A stretch of DNA of 64,000 nucleotides from an uncultured virus (IMG/VR IMGVR_UViG_3300031555_006527) (taxonomy: Duplodnaviria; Heunggongvirae; Uroviricota; Caudoviricetes), in IMG/VR virus record IMGVR_UViG_3300031555_006527; one strand, written 5' to 3'. Shown piece by piece: positions 10,366 to 18,809 of this stretch (its first letter is position 1; every line of letters begins with the position of its first letter). Position numbers and translations under genes: made by a program. The notes beneath the pieces are model-generated. The model had not been told where the DNA came from, did not search any database, and saw only the letters and a program-made list of their open reading frames with translations.

Positions 10366-10490
10366 CGCTTTTTCGTTCAACGGCAGGACTATCTTAATTC
10401 AAAACAGCTAACATCACTCCTTTCTTTTTATTATAAAAAATCAGCAATAAACGAATTAAGATAACAGAGGTTCGACTCCTCTAAGAGCGA
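10366..10490 (+). ncRNA. tRNA-like RNA with extended anticodon stem and about 52-nt loop containing an anti-SD tract
   Basis: Acceptor cgctttt/aagagcg; D-arm gttc/ggac; 10-bp stem atcttaattc/gaattaagat; T-arm agagg-ttcgact-cctct; loop has catcactcctttc. Confidence 0.75.
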
Positions 10491-10778
10491 TTCCACACAT
10501 CTCTTGCAGGCATTGAAAAATGCTTGGTGTGGGACATTGAGTAGGGTGATGTGTCACTCAGCTCCCATGAAAACATGGGCAATTTCTGGCAAATATTAAA
10601 GAAACGTAGCTTATCCTGAAGGATATTTGTCACGCTTGCGTAGGATAAAAAAATGACTCACAGCAGCAATTTTGAGTTTCGTCTACGGCGTAAGCGCTCC
10701 TTTGTATTTTTTCTTAAGTGGAGGCATTCAGTTGCTTCCACTTCTTTTTACTATAAAACACAGAAAGGAATAAAGAAT

Positions 10779-10901
10779 ATGACCACTTATGACATTATGA
10801 CAGCAACAAATCAAGAAACACAAGAATATACAAACATTCATCTATTAAAATATTGGGCTATTTTCTTAAGTATAGGAATGTTTTTAGCAATTTTACTATA
10901 A
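10779..10901 (+). CDS. Small membrane protein (40 aa)
   Basis: GAAAGGA RBS; C-terminal hydrophobic segment. Confidence 0.45.
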   Translation: MTTYDIMTATNQETQEYTNIHLLKYWAIFLSIGMFLAILL

Positions 10902-10903
10902 TT

Positions 10904-10933
10904 CCGCCAACTTAAACCAAATTATAGCTAATA
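10904..10933 (+). promoter_or_regulatory. Promoter-like motif, copy 2
   Basis: ccgccaacttaaaccaaattatagctaata. Confidence 0.75.
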
Positions 10934-10975
10934 CTTGTAACTATTATCATTCTTATTTTACAAAGGAGCATACTC

Positions 10976-11680
10976 ATGGGATTTATCATTGCTTGTGGAG
11001 ATAAATATCTTAAAAAAGAAGAAAATAACTCTTTTACTCCGGTGAATAACCAAACACTTGCATATTGTTTTGAAACAAAGCAGGCGGCAAAAAATGCCAT
11101 GTCTGTTTTACCAAAACTTTATAAAAACAAAGGTTGCAAAGTAATTGAATATCTTACGGAAGTGCAAGAAGTTTCTACTCATTACGAACAATTAAAAAAC
11201 AATATGTCCTTATTTAAAAGAAACGAAGCCATTGAAGGTCCCCTTACAGAGATTTCTCTAGAAGATATTTACGAGCAAATGAAGCAGCTTTCCAACACGC
11301 TTGCGTTTTTAACACAGAATAAAGGATATATGGAATGTCTACTTAAATATACAGATTTAGCCACAATAGACTTATTACACCAAATTGAGTTACAAAGTTT
11401 TGGTTCTGTCCAAGGTTATCGGTTAATGAAACAGTTCAAAGAATTACGTCAAACCAGACGAAAATATAAGGACTTATTACAGTTAACCCTTATGATTGAC
11501 CAATTCAATTTAGAAGCATTTTCAAATGGTCAAATCACAGAACGAATCACCAATATTGAAAATCGTACCTATCAAGAAAAGGTATTAGAAGGTATCTTTG
11601 ACAAATCCGAAGATTTAGAGCAATTAGTCAAAGAAAAAGAAGAACTTTCAACGACAACAGGAGCCCAAAATGAAGAATAA
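10976..11680 (+). CDS. Hypothetical protein (coiled-coil)
   Basis: ORF with AAGGAG RBS downstream of the motif. Confidence 0.7.
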   Translation: MGFIIACGDKYLKKEENNSFTPVNNQTLAYCFETKQAAKNAMSVLPKLYKNKGCKVIEYLTEVQEVSTHYEQLKNNMSLFKRNEAIEGPLTEISLEDIYEQMKQLSNTLAFLTQNKGYMECLLKYTDLATIDLLHQIELQSFGSVQGYRLMKQFKELRQTRRKYKDLLQLTLMIDQFNLEAFSNGQITERITNIENRTYQEKVLEGIFDKSEDLEQLVKEKEELSTTTGAQNEE

Positions 11681-11930
11681 TGACCATATCCTTTTAACAT
11701 TCAAAGTATTTTTATTTGGAGTCCTTACTGGGATTTACAGTTATTTCTTATATAAAGCGAAAGCATTCTTCCCGGAACCTCTTTCTGCTTTAGAAGAAAA
11801 GATGTTAATTTCCTATCCAAGTTTTATTATTTTTTCTGTAATTATTTTAATTGTGATAGGACTTACCTTATTCAGAAAAGAGATAAAGGCCTTATGGAGT
11901 ACACAAAAAGAATCTCGCAAAAAGAGATAG
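11670..11930 (+). CDS. Hypothetical membrane protein
   Basis: Two TM segments; overlapping operon. Confidence 0.6.
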   Translation: MKNNDHILLTFKVFLFGVLTGIYSYFLYKAKAFFPEPLSALEEKMLISYPSFIIFSVIILIVIGLTLFRKEIKALWSTQKESRKKR

Positions 11931-12202
11931 ATACCATTCGAAAACAAACACAGCATTCGGTATCTTATTTTTTACATGGTGGCTGTTTAGAATTTGCTCT
12001 TTTGTTACAAAAAGAATTTGGTGGAAAAATCAGATATTTACCAGCAGAAGAGCACATTATTTTAGAGAAAGACGGATATCTTTATGATGCTCGTGGAAAT
12101 ATCACAACTCTTCATAAAAACAGTTGTTATTTTACAGAAGAAGAATTTTATAACCGTCCTAAAATAGTTCATCAGTTTCAAAGGAGTAAAAGTCTATGTT
12201 AA
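11894..12202 (+). CDS. Hypothetical protein
   Basis: GGC..FA..L / H / YDARG pattern, possibly a papain-like triad. Confidence 0.6.
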   Translation: MEYTKRISQKEIDTIRKQTQHSVSYFLHGGCLEFALLLQKEFGGKIRYLPAEEHIILEKDGYLYDARGNITTLHKNSCYFTEEEFYNRPKIVHQFQRSKSLC

Positions 12203-12558
12203 AGAATTATTCATTCGGATTAGAGCTAATTAAGATTACCATTGGTACTTTAGAGACATCTCTTTTTGCAAATCTTCTTATTGAAAAGGGACAACCTCTT
12301 CTTGTAATTATCTTTGCTACAACAATTTTTACTTTTTGTTCTTTAGCAATGATAACATTTCTTTTTGATAAAGCTGCAAAAAAAGATATTCGGTATGGAG
12401 TATTAGACACCTTAAGATTAACCGTCATTACTGCCTTTATTATTTTATTTGATGACCTTGCAACATTACCGTCTATTCTAGAATTTCTTCTCAGCATAGG
12501 TATTGGTATTTTGCTCAATCTTACATTTTTGGAATATATGAAAAAGAAAGGATATTAA
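12196..12558 (+). CDS. Hypothetical membrane protein
   Basis: About four hydrophobic segments; AAGGAG RBS. Confidence 0.6.
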   Translation: MLKNYSFGLELIKITIGTLETSLFANLLIEKGQPLLVIIFATTIFTFCSLAMITFLFDKAAKKDIRYGVLDTLRLTVITAFIILFDDLATLPSILEFLLSIGIGILLNLTFLEYMKKKGY

Positions 12559-12792
12559 CCTTCCTTTTCTCCGAACTAAGCACTTACAAAACATTGGAGT
12601 TATAATTGCTAACCACGATTGATATTTTTTATAAAAATCCTCAAAAGCCCTTTTTTCGCATCACAGATGCCAACTATTGTGAAGTAGAAGGAGAGGAATT
12701 AGTTATTCGAACCATTTGGGGAGAAGAAATTGGATTTCACTTATCTTTAGTAGACTCTTGGAAATTTGTTTAATGCTTTCGGCAAATATTTA

Positions 12793-12822
12793 CCGACATC
12801 TTAAACCAAATTGTAGCTAATA
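12793..12822 (+). promoter_or_regulatory. Promoter-like motif, copy 3
   Basis: ccgacatcttaaaccaaattgtagctaata. Confidence 0.75.
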
Positions 12823-12911
12823 CACGACAATCAGAATTTTATTAAAAATTCTGTTGTAGGTGTAGATAATAATAAAACAGTATATAAAATTATAAAATAC
12901 TGTTAAACTTA

Positions 12912-12941
12912 CCGAGAACTTAAACCAAAAGTTAGCTAATA
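12912..12941 (+). promoter_or_regulatory. Promoter-like motif, copy 4
   Basis: ccgagaacttaaaccaaaagttagctaata. Confidence 0.75.
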
Positions 12942-13044
12942 GATAGAACAATAAAAATAAATTGCCTATCAGAAAATTGTTATACATATATGTCTTCCTT
13001 TTCATAGGTGGGGTGAAATTCCCCACCTCCCCAAAAGGGGTTTT

Positions 13045-13110
13045 ACAAAAGTTTTGGAAATACGAGAGTAAATTTACTAACGTATTGTAAGTTCGATTCT
13101 TACCTTTTGT
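13045..13110 (+). ncRNA. Degenerate tRNA-like element lacking a D-arm
   Basis: acaaaag/cttttgt acceptor-like stem; T-arm gtaag-ttcgatt-cttac. Confidence 0.5.
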
Positions 13111-13253
13111 TTATTCTCTTTAGGATATCACCTCGTCCTAAGGAGAAGGTCAATAGAACTTTCTTGCCAAAGAAAACAATCCTCCTAGACAGGGAAAGAA
13201 CCACTTCCCAATATAGGAAGAATCGGTTCTTGAATAAAACAAGAGCCGAATCT

Positions 13254-13336
13254 GCAAGTATCGCCTAGTGGTAGGGCACATGACTTTTAATCATGCGAAG
13301 TATTCTTCATCCCGGGTTCGAATCCCGGTACTTGCA
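13254..13336 (+). tRNA. tRNA-Lys(TTT) with long variable arm
   Basis: gcaagta/tacttgc acceptor; catga-ctTTTaa-tcatg; variable arm gaag-tatt-cttc; T-arm ccggg-ttcgaat-cccgg. Confidence 0.85.
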
Positions 13337-13453
13337 TTGAGTCCTTGTGACTCACTATTGGACAATACCACCCATATAAGTACCTCATACTGTAATACTT
13401 CTTTATAATGTAGTTGCGTTGTTAAATTTTGTGGCAATATTGTCCAGTTTCTT

Positions 13454-13526
13454 TGGGGTGTGGTGAAGCGGTTAACACACGGGCCTTTGACTCCCGCATA
13501 CGAGGGTTCAATTCCCTCCACCCTAG
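13454..13526 (+). tRNA. tRNA-Gln(TTG)
   Basis: tggggtg/cacccta acceptor; ctTTGac loop; T-arm gaggg-ttcaatt-ccctc. Confidence 0.85.
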
Positions 13527-13551
13527 CTAGAATTTACAAATAAGACAGGAG

Positions 13552-14049
13552 TTGTTTTTGTTTAAGACTTTAATCTATGATGGTATAGAATATCCCCAAT
13601 TTTTAATTAGTGAGTCTGGAGAAATTCTCAATACAACTACAGACGCTTATTTAAAGCCATATCTACATCCAACAGGATATTATTACATATCTTTACCTAT
13701 GGGGAAAAGAGGTTTAGTAAAAACACTTAGGCTTCATAAAGCTCTTGCCGAAACTTTTATTCCAAATCCACACAATTATCCATTAGTTCATCACAAAGAT
13801 GAAGACAAAAGTAATTATAATTTATCTAACTTAGAATGGACTACTGTAAAAGATAATGTTAATAAGCATTTGGAATATGTTTCAAGAACAAATCCGCTGT
13901 GTAATAACAGAAAATTAACATCAGATGATGTGCGATATATTCGCAATCATAAAGGGGTTATTAGTCAACGAAATTTGGCGACTATGTTTCAGTGTTCAAA
14001 AACAACCATAAGAAATGTCCAACAAGGCGTTTGTTATCAACATGTTTGA
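13552..14049 (+). CDS. HNH homing endonuclease (NUMOD4/HNH_3-like, C-terminal HTH)
   Basis: RLHKALAETFIPNP.NYP.VHHKDEDKSNY..SNLEWTT..DN motif. Confidence 0.85.
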   Translation: MFLFKTLIYDGIEYPQFLISESGEILNTTTDAYLKPYLHPTGYYYISLPMGKRGLVKTLRLHKALAETFIPNPHNYPLVHHKDEDKSNYNLSNLEWTTVKDNVNKHLEYVSRTNPLCNNRKLTSDDVRYIRNHKGVISQRNLATMFQCSKTTIRNVQQGVCYQHV

Positions 14050-14085
14050 CTGCTGCAGACGCAGGTTCGAATCCTGCTACCCCAG
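14045..14085 (+). pseudogene. 3' half of a tRNA-Gln (anticodon to acceptor)
   Basis: tTTGactgctg..gcagg-ttcgaat-cctgc-tacccca-g; tacccca can pair with tggggtg; no 5' half upstream. Confidence 0.7.
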
Positions 14086-14268
14086 CTTCGGAATGGAGCA
14101 GAACTTCATTCTGGTTAAAATTCCTTCCCACGGAATGAAATACGTCTATACATGGAGCTTTTTACCTATCTTTCTCTCCATGAAAAAACTTAGTAGTCTT
14201 CATCAAACTACTTAGATGTCTGAAGTTTTGTTAAATAACTTAAGGCGTTTTATAGGACATTTTTTTTG

Positions 14269-14299
14269 CCGAATACTTAAACCAAAAGATAGCTAAATA
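14269..14299 (+). promoter_or_regulatory. Promoter-like motif, copy 5
   Basis: ccgaatacttaaaccaaaagatagctaaata. Confidence 0.7.
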
Positions 14300-14374
14300 G
14301 TGATGAATAATTCTGTTGTTCATCTTTATGCTTCCCTTTCTAATGAGCTGGGAGTTGCGAGCTCCCGGCAATCT

Positions 14375-14448
14375 GTGCCTTTAGCTCAGTTGGTTAGAGC
14401 ACCGAGCTCATAACTCGGCGGTCCGGGGTTCGAGCCCCTGAAGGCACA
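14375..14448 (+). tRNA. tRNA with CAT anticodon (elongator Met or Ile2)
   Basis: gtgcctt/aaggcac; ccgag-ctCATaa-ctcgg; canonical D and T arms. Confidence 0.9.
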
Positions 14449-14492
14449 TTTTTCCTGCAAAGTAATCAAAAATCTATTTCGGTAAAAACTTA

Positions 14493-14522
14493 CCGAGAAC
14501 TTAAACCAAATTATAGCTAATA
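14493..14522 (+). promoter_or_regulatory. Promoter-like motif, copy 6
   Basis: ccgagaacttaaaccaaattatagctaata. Confidence 0.75.
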
Positions 14523-14545
14523 AGTGATAATAAAAACAAACATAA

Positions 14546-14625
14546 GCTTCATTGGTGGAATTGGCAGACACGCAGGATTTAGGTTCCTGTTCGAAAGAGT
14601 GAGAGTTCGAGTCTCTCATGGAGCA
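14546..14625 (+). tRNA. tRNA-Leu(TAG)
   Basis: gcttcat/atggagc; cagga-ttTAGgt-tcctg; variable arm present. Confidence 0.9.
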
Positions 14626-14652
14626 CTTTCTCGAAAGAGAATAAAAAAATAT

Positions 14653-14726
14653 AGCGGGATAGAGCAGTCTGGAAGCTCGCTAGGCCCATAACCTAGAGGT
14701 CGTTGGTTCAAATCCATCTCCCGCAA
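14653..14726 (+). tRNA. tRNA-Met(CAT), initiator-like
   Basis: 1:72 mismatch (a/a); gagc-agtctggaa-gctc D-arm; ctagg-ccCATaa-cctag; ttcaaat T-loop. Confidence 0.85.
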
Positions 14727-15279
14727 TTCCCCAGTTGCCAAAGGTAGCTTGGGACTAAGCTTTCGTTAAAAGAAACAAAGCGACTTCGCCAAAGCCGCAG
14801 AGAACTGTTTCACGAACGCTAAGATTTATATGGAACGATGTCAGAGATTAGTATTATGGGACATCCCAAGACGGTCCGGAATGTGGTTGTAGCCGTCCAA
14901 GTTTGGAGGAAGCCAAACAAAAAACATTTTTCTATCCTAGATAGACTGGGCTGGTTTCGGGTCCAGACAAGAAAATAAACTTCCAGCTCTATGCTGGGAG
15001 CGACTTTAAAAGTCGCTTAGTAATAAGGATAAAGTCAATATCTATTGGCGACTCATAACAAATTAGTAGACGCACAAAAATCCCAAAAGGTGAGTGTCAT
15101 ATTCCTTAGAGAATAACAGTTCGAATGATTTTTGAGTTTAACGGAAAACCAATACCATCTTACCTGACCTAAAGCCAGAGGGCTACTGCTAATGGCAAAA
15201 AGGCTTTAACGTATCCTGACGGATAGACCTAAGCTGGTTCGGTACGTATCTTGAAATAGGTACTATAGTTAACTCCAGA

Positions 15280-15865
15280 AATGGATGAATGTATGGATTG
15301 ATTTTAGACACAACTACCGCAAATAGGAGTGTTTAACTTACCTCCAAAGAATATCTGAAAACGAAAGACAGGTATTCCGAACAGGAGTTGGTTTCGCAAA
15401 AGCCGACAGGGTTGCGATGAATGGGCGGTACTCAAAAGGTACTGATGTTCAAACGTACACCTCGTAATCCAAAAAGAAAATAATATATTACACACTCATA
15501 CTGTGAAGAGAATTCAAAATAGGTGAATTTATTGTTCATAAAACTATGAATATACTTTTTTTCAAGCAAAAGTGTGTACGACTTCAAAGGGAAAAACAAC
15601 TTATCTATCTGTAATATGGTGGCTTCTTGAATCCGCAAGAGACAAGAAGAAGTAGTACAAGTAGATGCAACTCTAACAGACTGCAATCTGTGAATCTCGC
15701 AAGGAAGAATGTGTCAAACGGAAACTTATGAAGCTTTGGAGTAAGAGTTTGCTACTTTTTGCAAAAGTAGTGTTGTTCTTAACTACAGCTTAATCGGCTG
15801 TGTGACTAATCCTCTCCAATGGGGATAGAAGTTAAGATGTGGCGTCAAGGTCTCAGCGCAAACAG
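15280..15865 (+). ncRNA. Large ornate ncRNA, ROOL-like (GOLLD not excluded); boundaries approximate
   Basis: About 600 nt of hairpin-dense sequence with no + strand ORF, inside a tRNA cluster. Motifs ggtactcaaaaggtact, aagcaaaagtgt, tctcgcaagga and 3' tctcagc are recalled from this RNA class (not searched). Confidence 0.55.
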
Positions 15866-16020
15866 ACAAATTATTTTTTAACTGCTTGGTGGTAAAAGAA
15901 CGATATATAAAATAGCCATGACCTTTTAGTTACACCCAAAAAGTCTTGAATGATTTGGTCAAGAGAGAGGTTGTTCCATTTGGAGAATCGGGAGGATGGA
16001 AGCAGTTAATAAATGTTTTT

Positions 16021-16092
16021 GCATGTATGGTCCAATGGTTAAGATGTCTGCCTTCCAAGCAGAAGATGCGAGTTCGATTCTCGTTACGTGCT
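16021..16092 (+). tRNA. tRNA-Gly(TCC)
   Basis: gcatgta/tacgtgc; tctgc-ctTCCaa-gcaga; U73. Confidence 0.9.
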
Positions 16093-16133
16093 CTTTGGCT
16101 GTCAAAGCCAATATAATTTAACATAGTTACTTG

Positions 16134-16496
16134 TGATGCTTACAGCAAAACTAAAATGCAAAATTTGAATTAACTATTCTAAAACATATTATTCAATTAG
16201 AGGCGTCCTGCTTCTTGCAATCAAACAAAAAAGCATCATGTAAAAAGTAAACTAACAATCTTTAGGGAAACATACAGCAAATCTACTACATATTCAAATG
16301 GGTTGAAGAAAAAAAGTTTCCTGTATAAAGATAACAACCGAACAAAAACCGATAGAGTTTTTTATTGGCAGCGTACATGTACAAAGCCAAATTTGAGCTA
16401 TTGTCAAAAAATTCTTAATGTAAAACATACAGCAATTCTGCTACTTGAAAAAGAAAAATTTTATGAAAAATCTTCAAAAAAAAAGCGTTTCATGTA
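16134..16496 (+). repeat. Three tandem stem-TACAGCAA...stem'-TGTA RNA motifs
   Basis: 16134-16242, 16266-16325 and 16421-16496; the stems differ in sequence but stay complementary. Confidence 0.75.
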
Positions 16497-16533
16497 AGTT
16501 AAGGATTTTATTTTTATGTAAAAAAACAAAATA

Positions 16534-16800
16534 TGGCTAACTGGCCACGTAAAGAACATCATTTAAGTATGCATTGTGGGGAAATTCCACCTGCTTAGAT
16601 TTCTGAAAAAAGAGCTCGTTCAGCGACAGATGTTTGACAGTCTTGTACTGATAGTAATTCCTAAAAATTGCTTATGAAGTGATGGTTGCCAGCGGGGATA
16701 TATTTACCACCGGAATCAGTTCGAGTCTGACCACACGACGGTAGTGTAAAAGTGGAGAGCTAAATATATCAATGATGGGGTTCGATTCCCCTATAGCCAC
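16534..16800 (+). ncRNA. Giant tRNA-like RNA with expanded D- and anticodon-arm equivalents
   Basis: tggcta/tagcca ends; ctggc/gccag; gatatattta/taaatatatc; T-arm gggg-ttcgatt-cccc; a second internal T-loop-like hairpin. Confidence 0.55.
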
Positions 16801-17161
16801 CTATCCGAAAGGAGAATATTTCTTCTGTGATATGTCAAAACACAGAGGCTTATTGGTTCTTGCATAAACCATTCGAGGTCCGTCGAAGAAAAGACGGTAA
16901 TTATCCCAAAAGGGTAATTAAAAGAGCGTTAGTGACTGGTATTTGTGTTGTAAGTTCGGTATCGCTAAAAAACTTACGGAAAATAAGGAATCCACAATGA
17001 GGTTTGAAATGTGTGTATCTGAGAGGAAACCGATGGGCATCAAAGATATGAACGAAAGACCGAGAGTAAGAAACATTTTAGGGTGGCAACCTAGATGACA
17101 ATAAATAGCCCTACTTTAATCTAAATTCACGTTTTACAAAACATAAAAAAAGGAAATTACA

Positions 17162-17629
17162 ATGGCAGAGAGTAAATCTAAGTTATACAAAAGAAAAACA
17201 GTAGAAAAAAAATTGAATGAACTATTGGAAAGAATCTCGCAGCTTAATGAAGAAATATCACATCCGGAGTTTACGTGTTTTGTAGACGAAATGGTTGCTT
17301 TTGGTTCATATATAAACACAGATAATGAAAAAATACATGACCTTGATATAGCAATTAGGTTAAAGCTTAAACCAAGATATAATAATAATATAGGCCTCGC
17401 ATCAAGAGAAGCTCAACAACGAGCACCCGAAAATATTGATTTTTTACGTAAACTTTGCTGGTCCCAAGAAGAAGTTTATCAATATTTAAAAAACAGGTGT
17501 GGCATATATTCTTTTCATTTGTTAGACGAAGAGCGTAAAATTGTAGAAAGTGACATACATAAAGTACTCGTAAAGAATGGAAAACTTACGGGTCAATATT
17601 TAAAAAAATCGCGCGTAAAACGCAAATAA
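17162..17629 (+). CDS. Minimal nucleotidyltransferase (Pol-beta superfamily)
   Basis: AFGSY......IHDLDIAI (GS..DxD) motif. Confidence 0.75.
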   Translation: MAESKSKLYKRKTVEKKLNELLERISQLNEEISHPEFTCFVDEMVAFGSYINTDNEKIHDLDIAIRLKLKPRYNNNIGLASREAQQRAPENIDFLRKLCWSQEEVYQYLKNRCGIYSFHLLDEERKIVESDIHKVLVKNGKLTGQYLKKSRVKRK

Positions 17630-17639
17630 AAAAACATTT

Positions 17640-18024
17640 GGGCCTGTCCCGGTTTCGATGGGGCATACAAAGGAAAATAAGCACGTAGAGGATGGTGGAC
17701 ACCTCTTAAATCCGACACCAAAGAATAAATGCTAACGCATACAGACCAGTAGCTCAGGCTGCCTAATAGGTAAGTAGACTACACCCTTATCTGAAATGGT
17801 AAGGGATAAGCTCTCCGGATAACACCGCTATACTCCGGAGGGTTCAAAAATAGCGGTTGAGATACGGTAAAAGTTCACCCAGAAAGCCATATCAAAATAA
17901 AATCTGGCTGTGCGATGTCGATGGGTTTGCTTATTTAAACATCGGCTGGTACCAAAAATAAGATAAACGTGTAGAAAGTTTTATGGCGGTGTTCCAGACA
18001 GGAGTTCGACTCTCCTCAGGTCCA
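17640..18024 (+). ncRNA. ssrA: tmRNA; tag (A)ANAYRPVAQAA encoded at 17731-17766
   Basis: gggcctg/caggtcc acceptor with G3-U70 and A73; ggtttcga 5' motif; T-arm aggag-ttcgact-ctcct; ATAAAT-GCT resume context; tag ends in AA-stop. Confidence 0.92.
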
Positions 18025-18064
18025 CTCATTATCTCATCCTATATTATTTTGAATTAAGGTATTT

Positions 18065-18292
18065 ATGAATACAATAACATTAACTTGTTTTAATCCAGAA
18101 TGTAACAAAAAGTTTGAGAAATCAATATCCGAATATAATAGAAAAAAAAGAAAAGGTAAGAATACTTTCTTTTGTTGCCAGCAATGTTCAGGATATCTAA
18201 ACAAACTACGTAATTTAGGAACTAGAAAAGAAATTGCGCCAAACAGTATTATATCTTCAGAAATACTTTTTGATATTTTTGAAGTTTTATAA
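18065..18292 (+). CDS. Small Zn-finger protein, possibly a truncated homing endonuclease
   Basis: C....C and FCC..C motifs typical of endonuclease-associated Zn fingers. Confidence 0.5.
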   Translation: MNTITLTCFNPECNKKFEKSISEYNRKKRKGKNTFFCCQQCSGYLNKLRNLGTRKEIAPNSIISSEILFDIFEVL

Positions 18293-18723
18293 TAATTTTT
18301 ATGGTTCTCTGTAAACAAATTATTTAGGAACAGAGTGGTGGGCTATTGGTTAGAAACCAGTACATATTGCAACAATAGTCTTTGACTGCACATCAAGCAT
18401 GTTGCACTGGCAGAGGAGTCTGCGAAAAGGTATCCTATCCCGGAGAGGTGCAGCTAGGGAGTAAGGAAGGAAGAGGCTCCTCTGAACAGAACAAACAAAT
18501 ATTTTGCTGAATTTCTATAAAATAAAATCTTTAGCTAAGTGTGCATAAGCTTTAGAAAGTAATTTGACATAGACGGCAGGTCATGACGATGACTAGAATA
18601 CTACAAATTTAAAGTTAGTTTCAATGCCGATAGCTCATCACTATAATTCAGCATTTGTTCTATAACAGAACAAGCAATAAGTTAATAAAAAACCCCTACT
18701 TATGTAGGGACTAATCCATCTTG

Positions 18724-18795
18724 TGATTCTTACAGCAAATCTTAAAACAGAACTGTAAATCGCAAATTTTACAAAATTATTTTACGAATCATGTA
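18724..18795 (+). promoter_or_regulatory. stem-TACAGCAA...stem'-TGTA motif abutting the RBS of the DUF2828 gene
   Basis: tgattc-ttacagcaa...gaatca-tgta-aggagg-N8-ATG. Confidence 0.7.
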
Positions 18796-18809
18796 AGGAG
18801 GATTTTATT

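Noticed and set aside
10585..10650. Hammerhead-like fragments (gaaac...ctgaagga...ta)
   Set aside because: The core is not CUGANGA in the proper register and the stem order is incompatible with any hammerhead permutation.
16134..16496. Possible CRISPR array (repeated ACAGCAA units)
   Set aside because: The shared sequence is under 15 nt, stems covary rather than repeat identically, spacing is irregular, and no cas genes are seen.
17076..17097. T-box antiterminator-like gggtggcaacc
   Set aside because: No stem I, specifier loop or downstream terminator; it folds as a simple hairpin.
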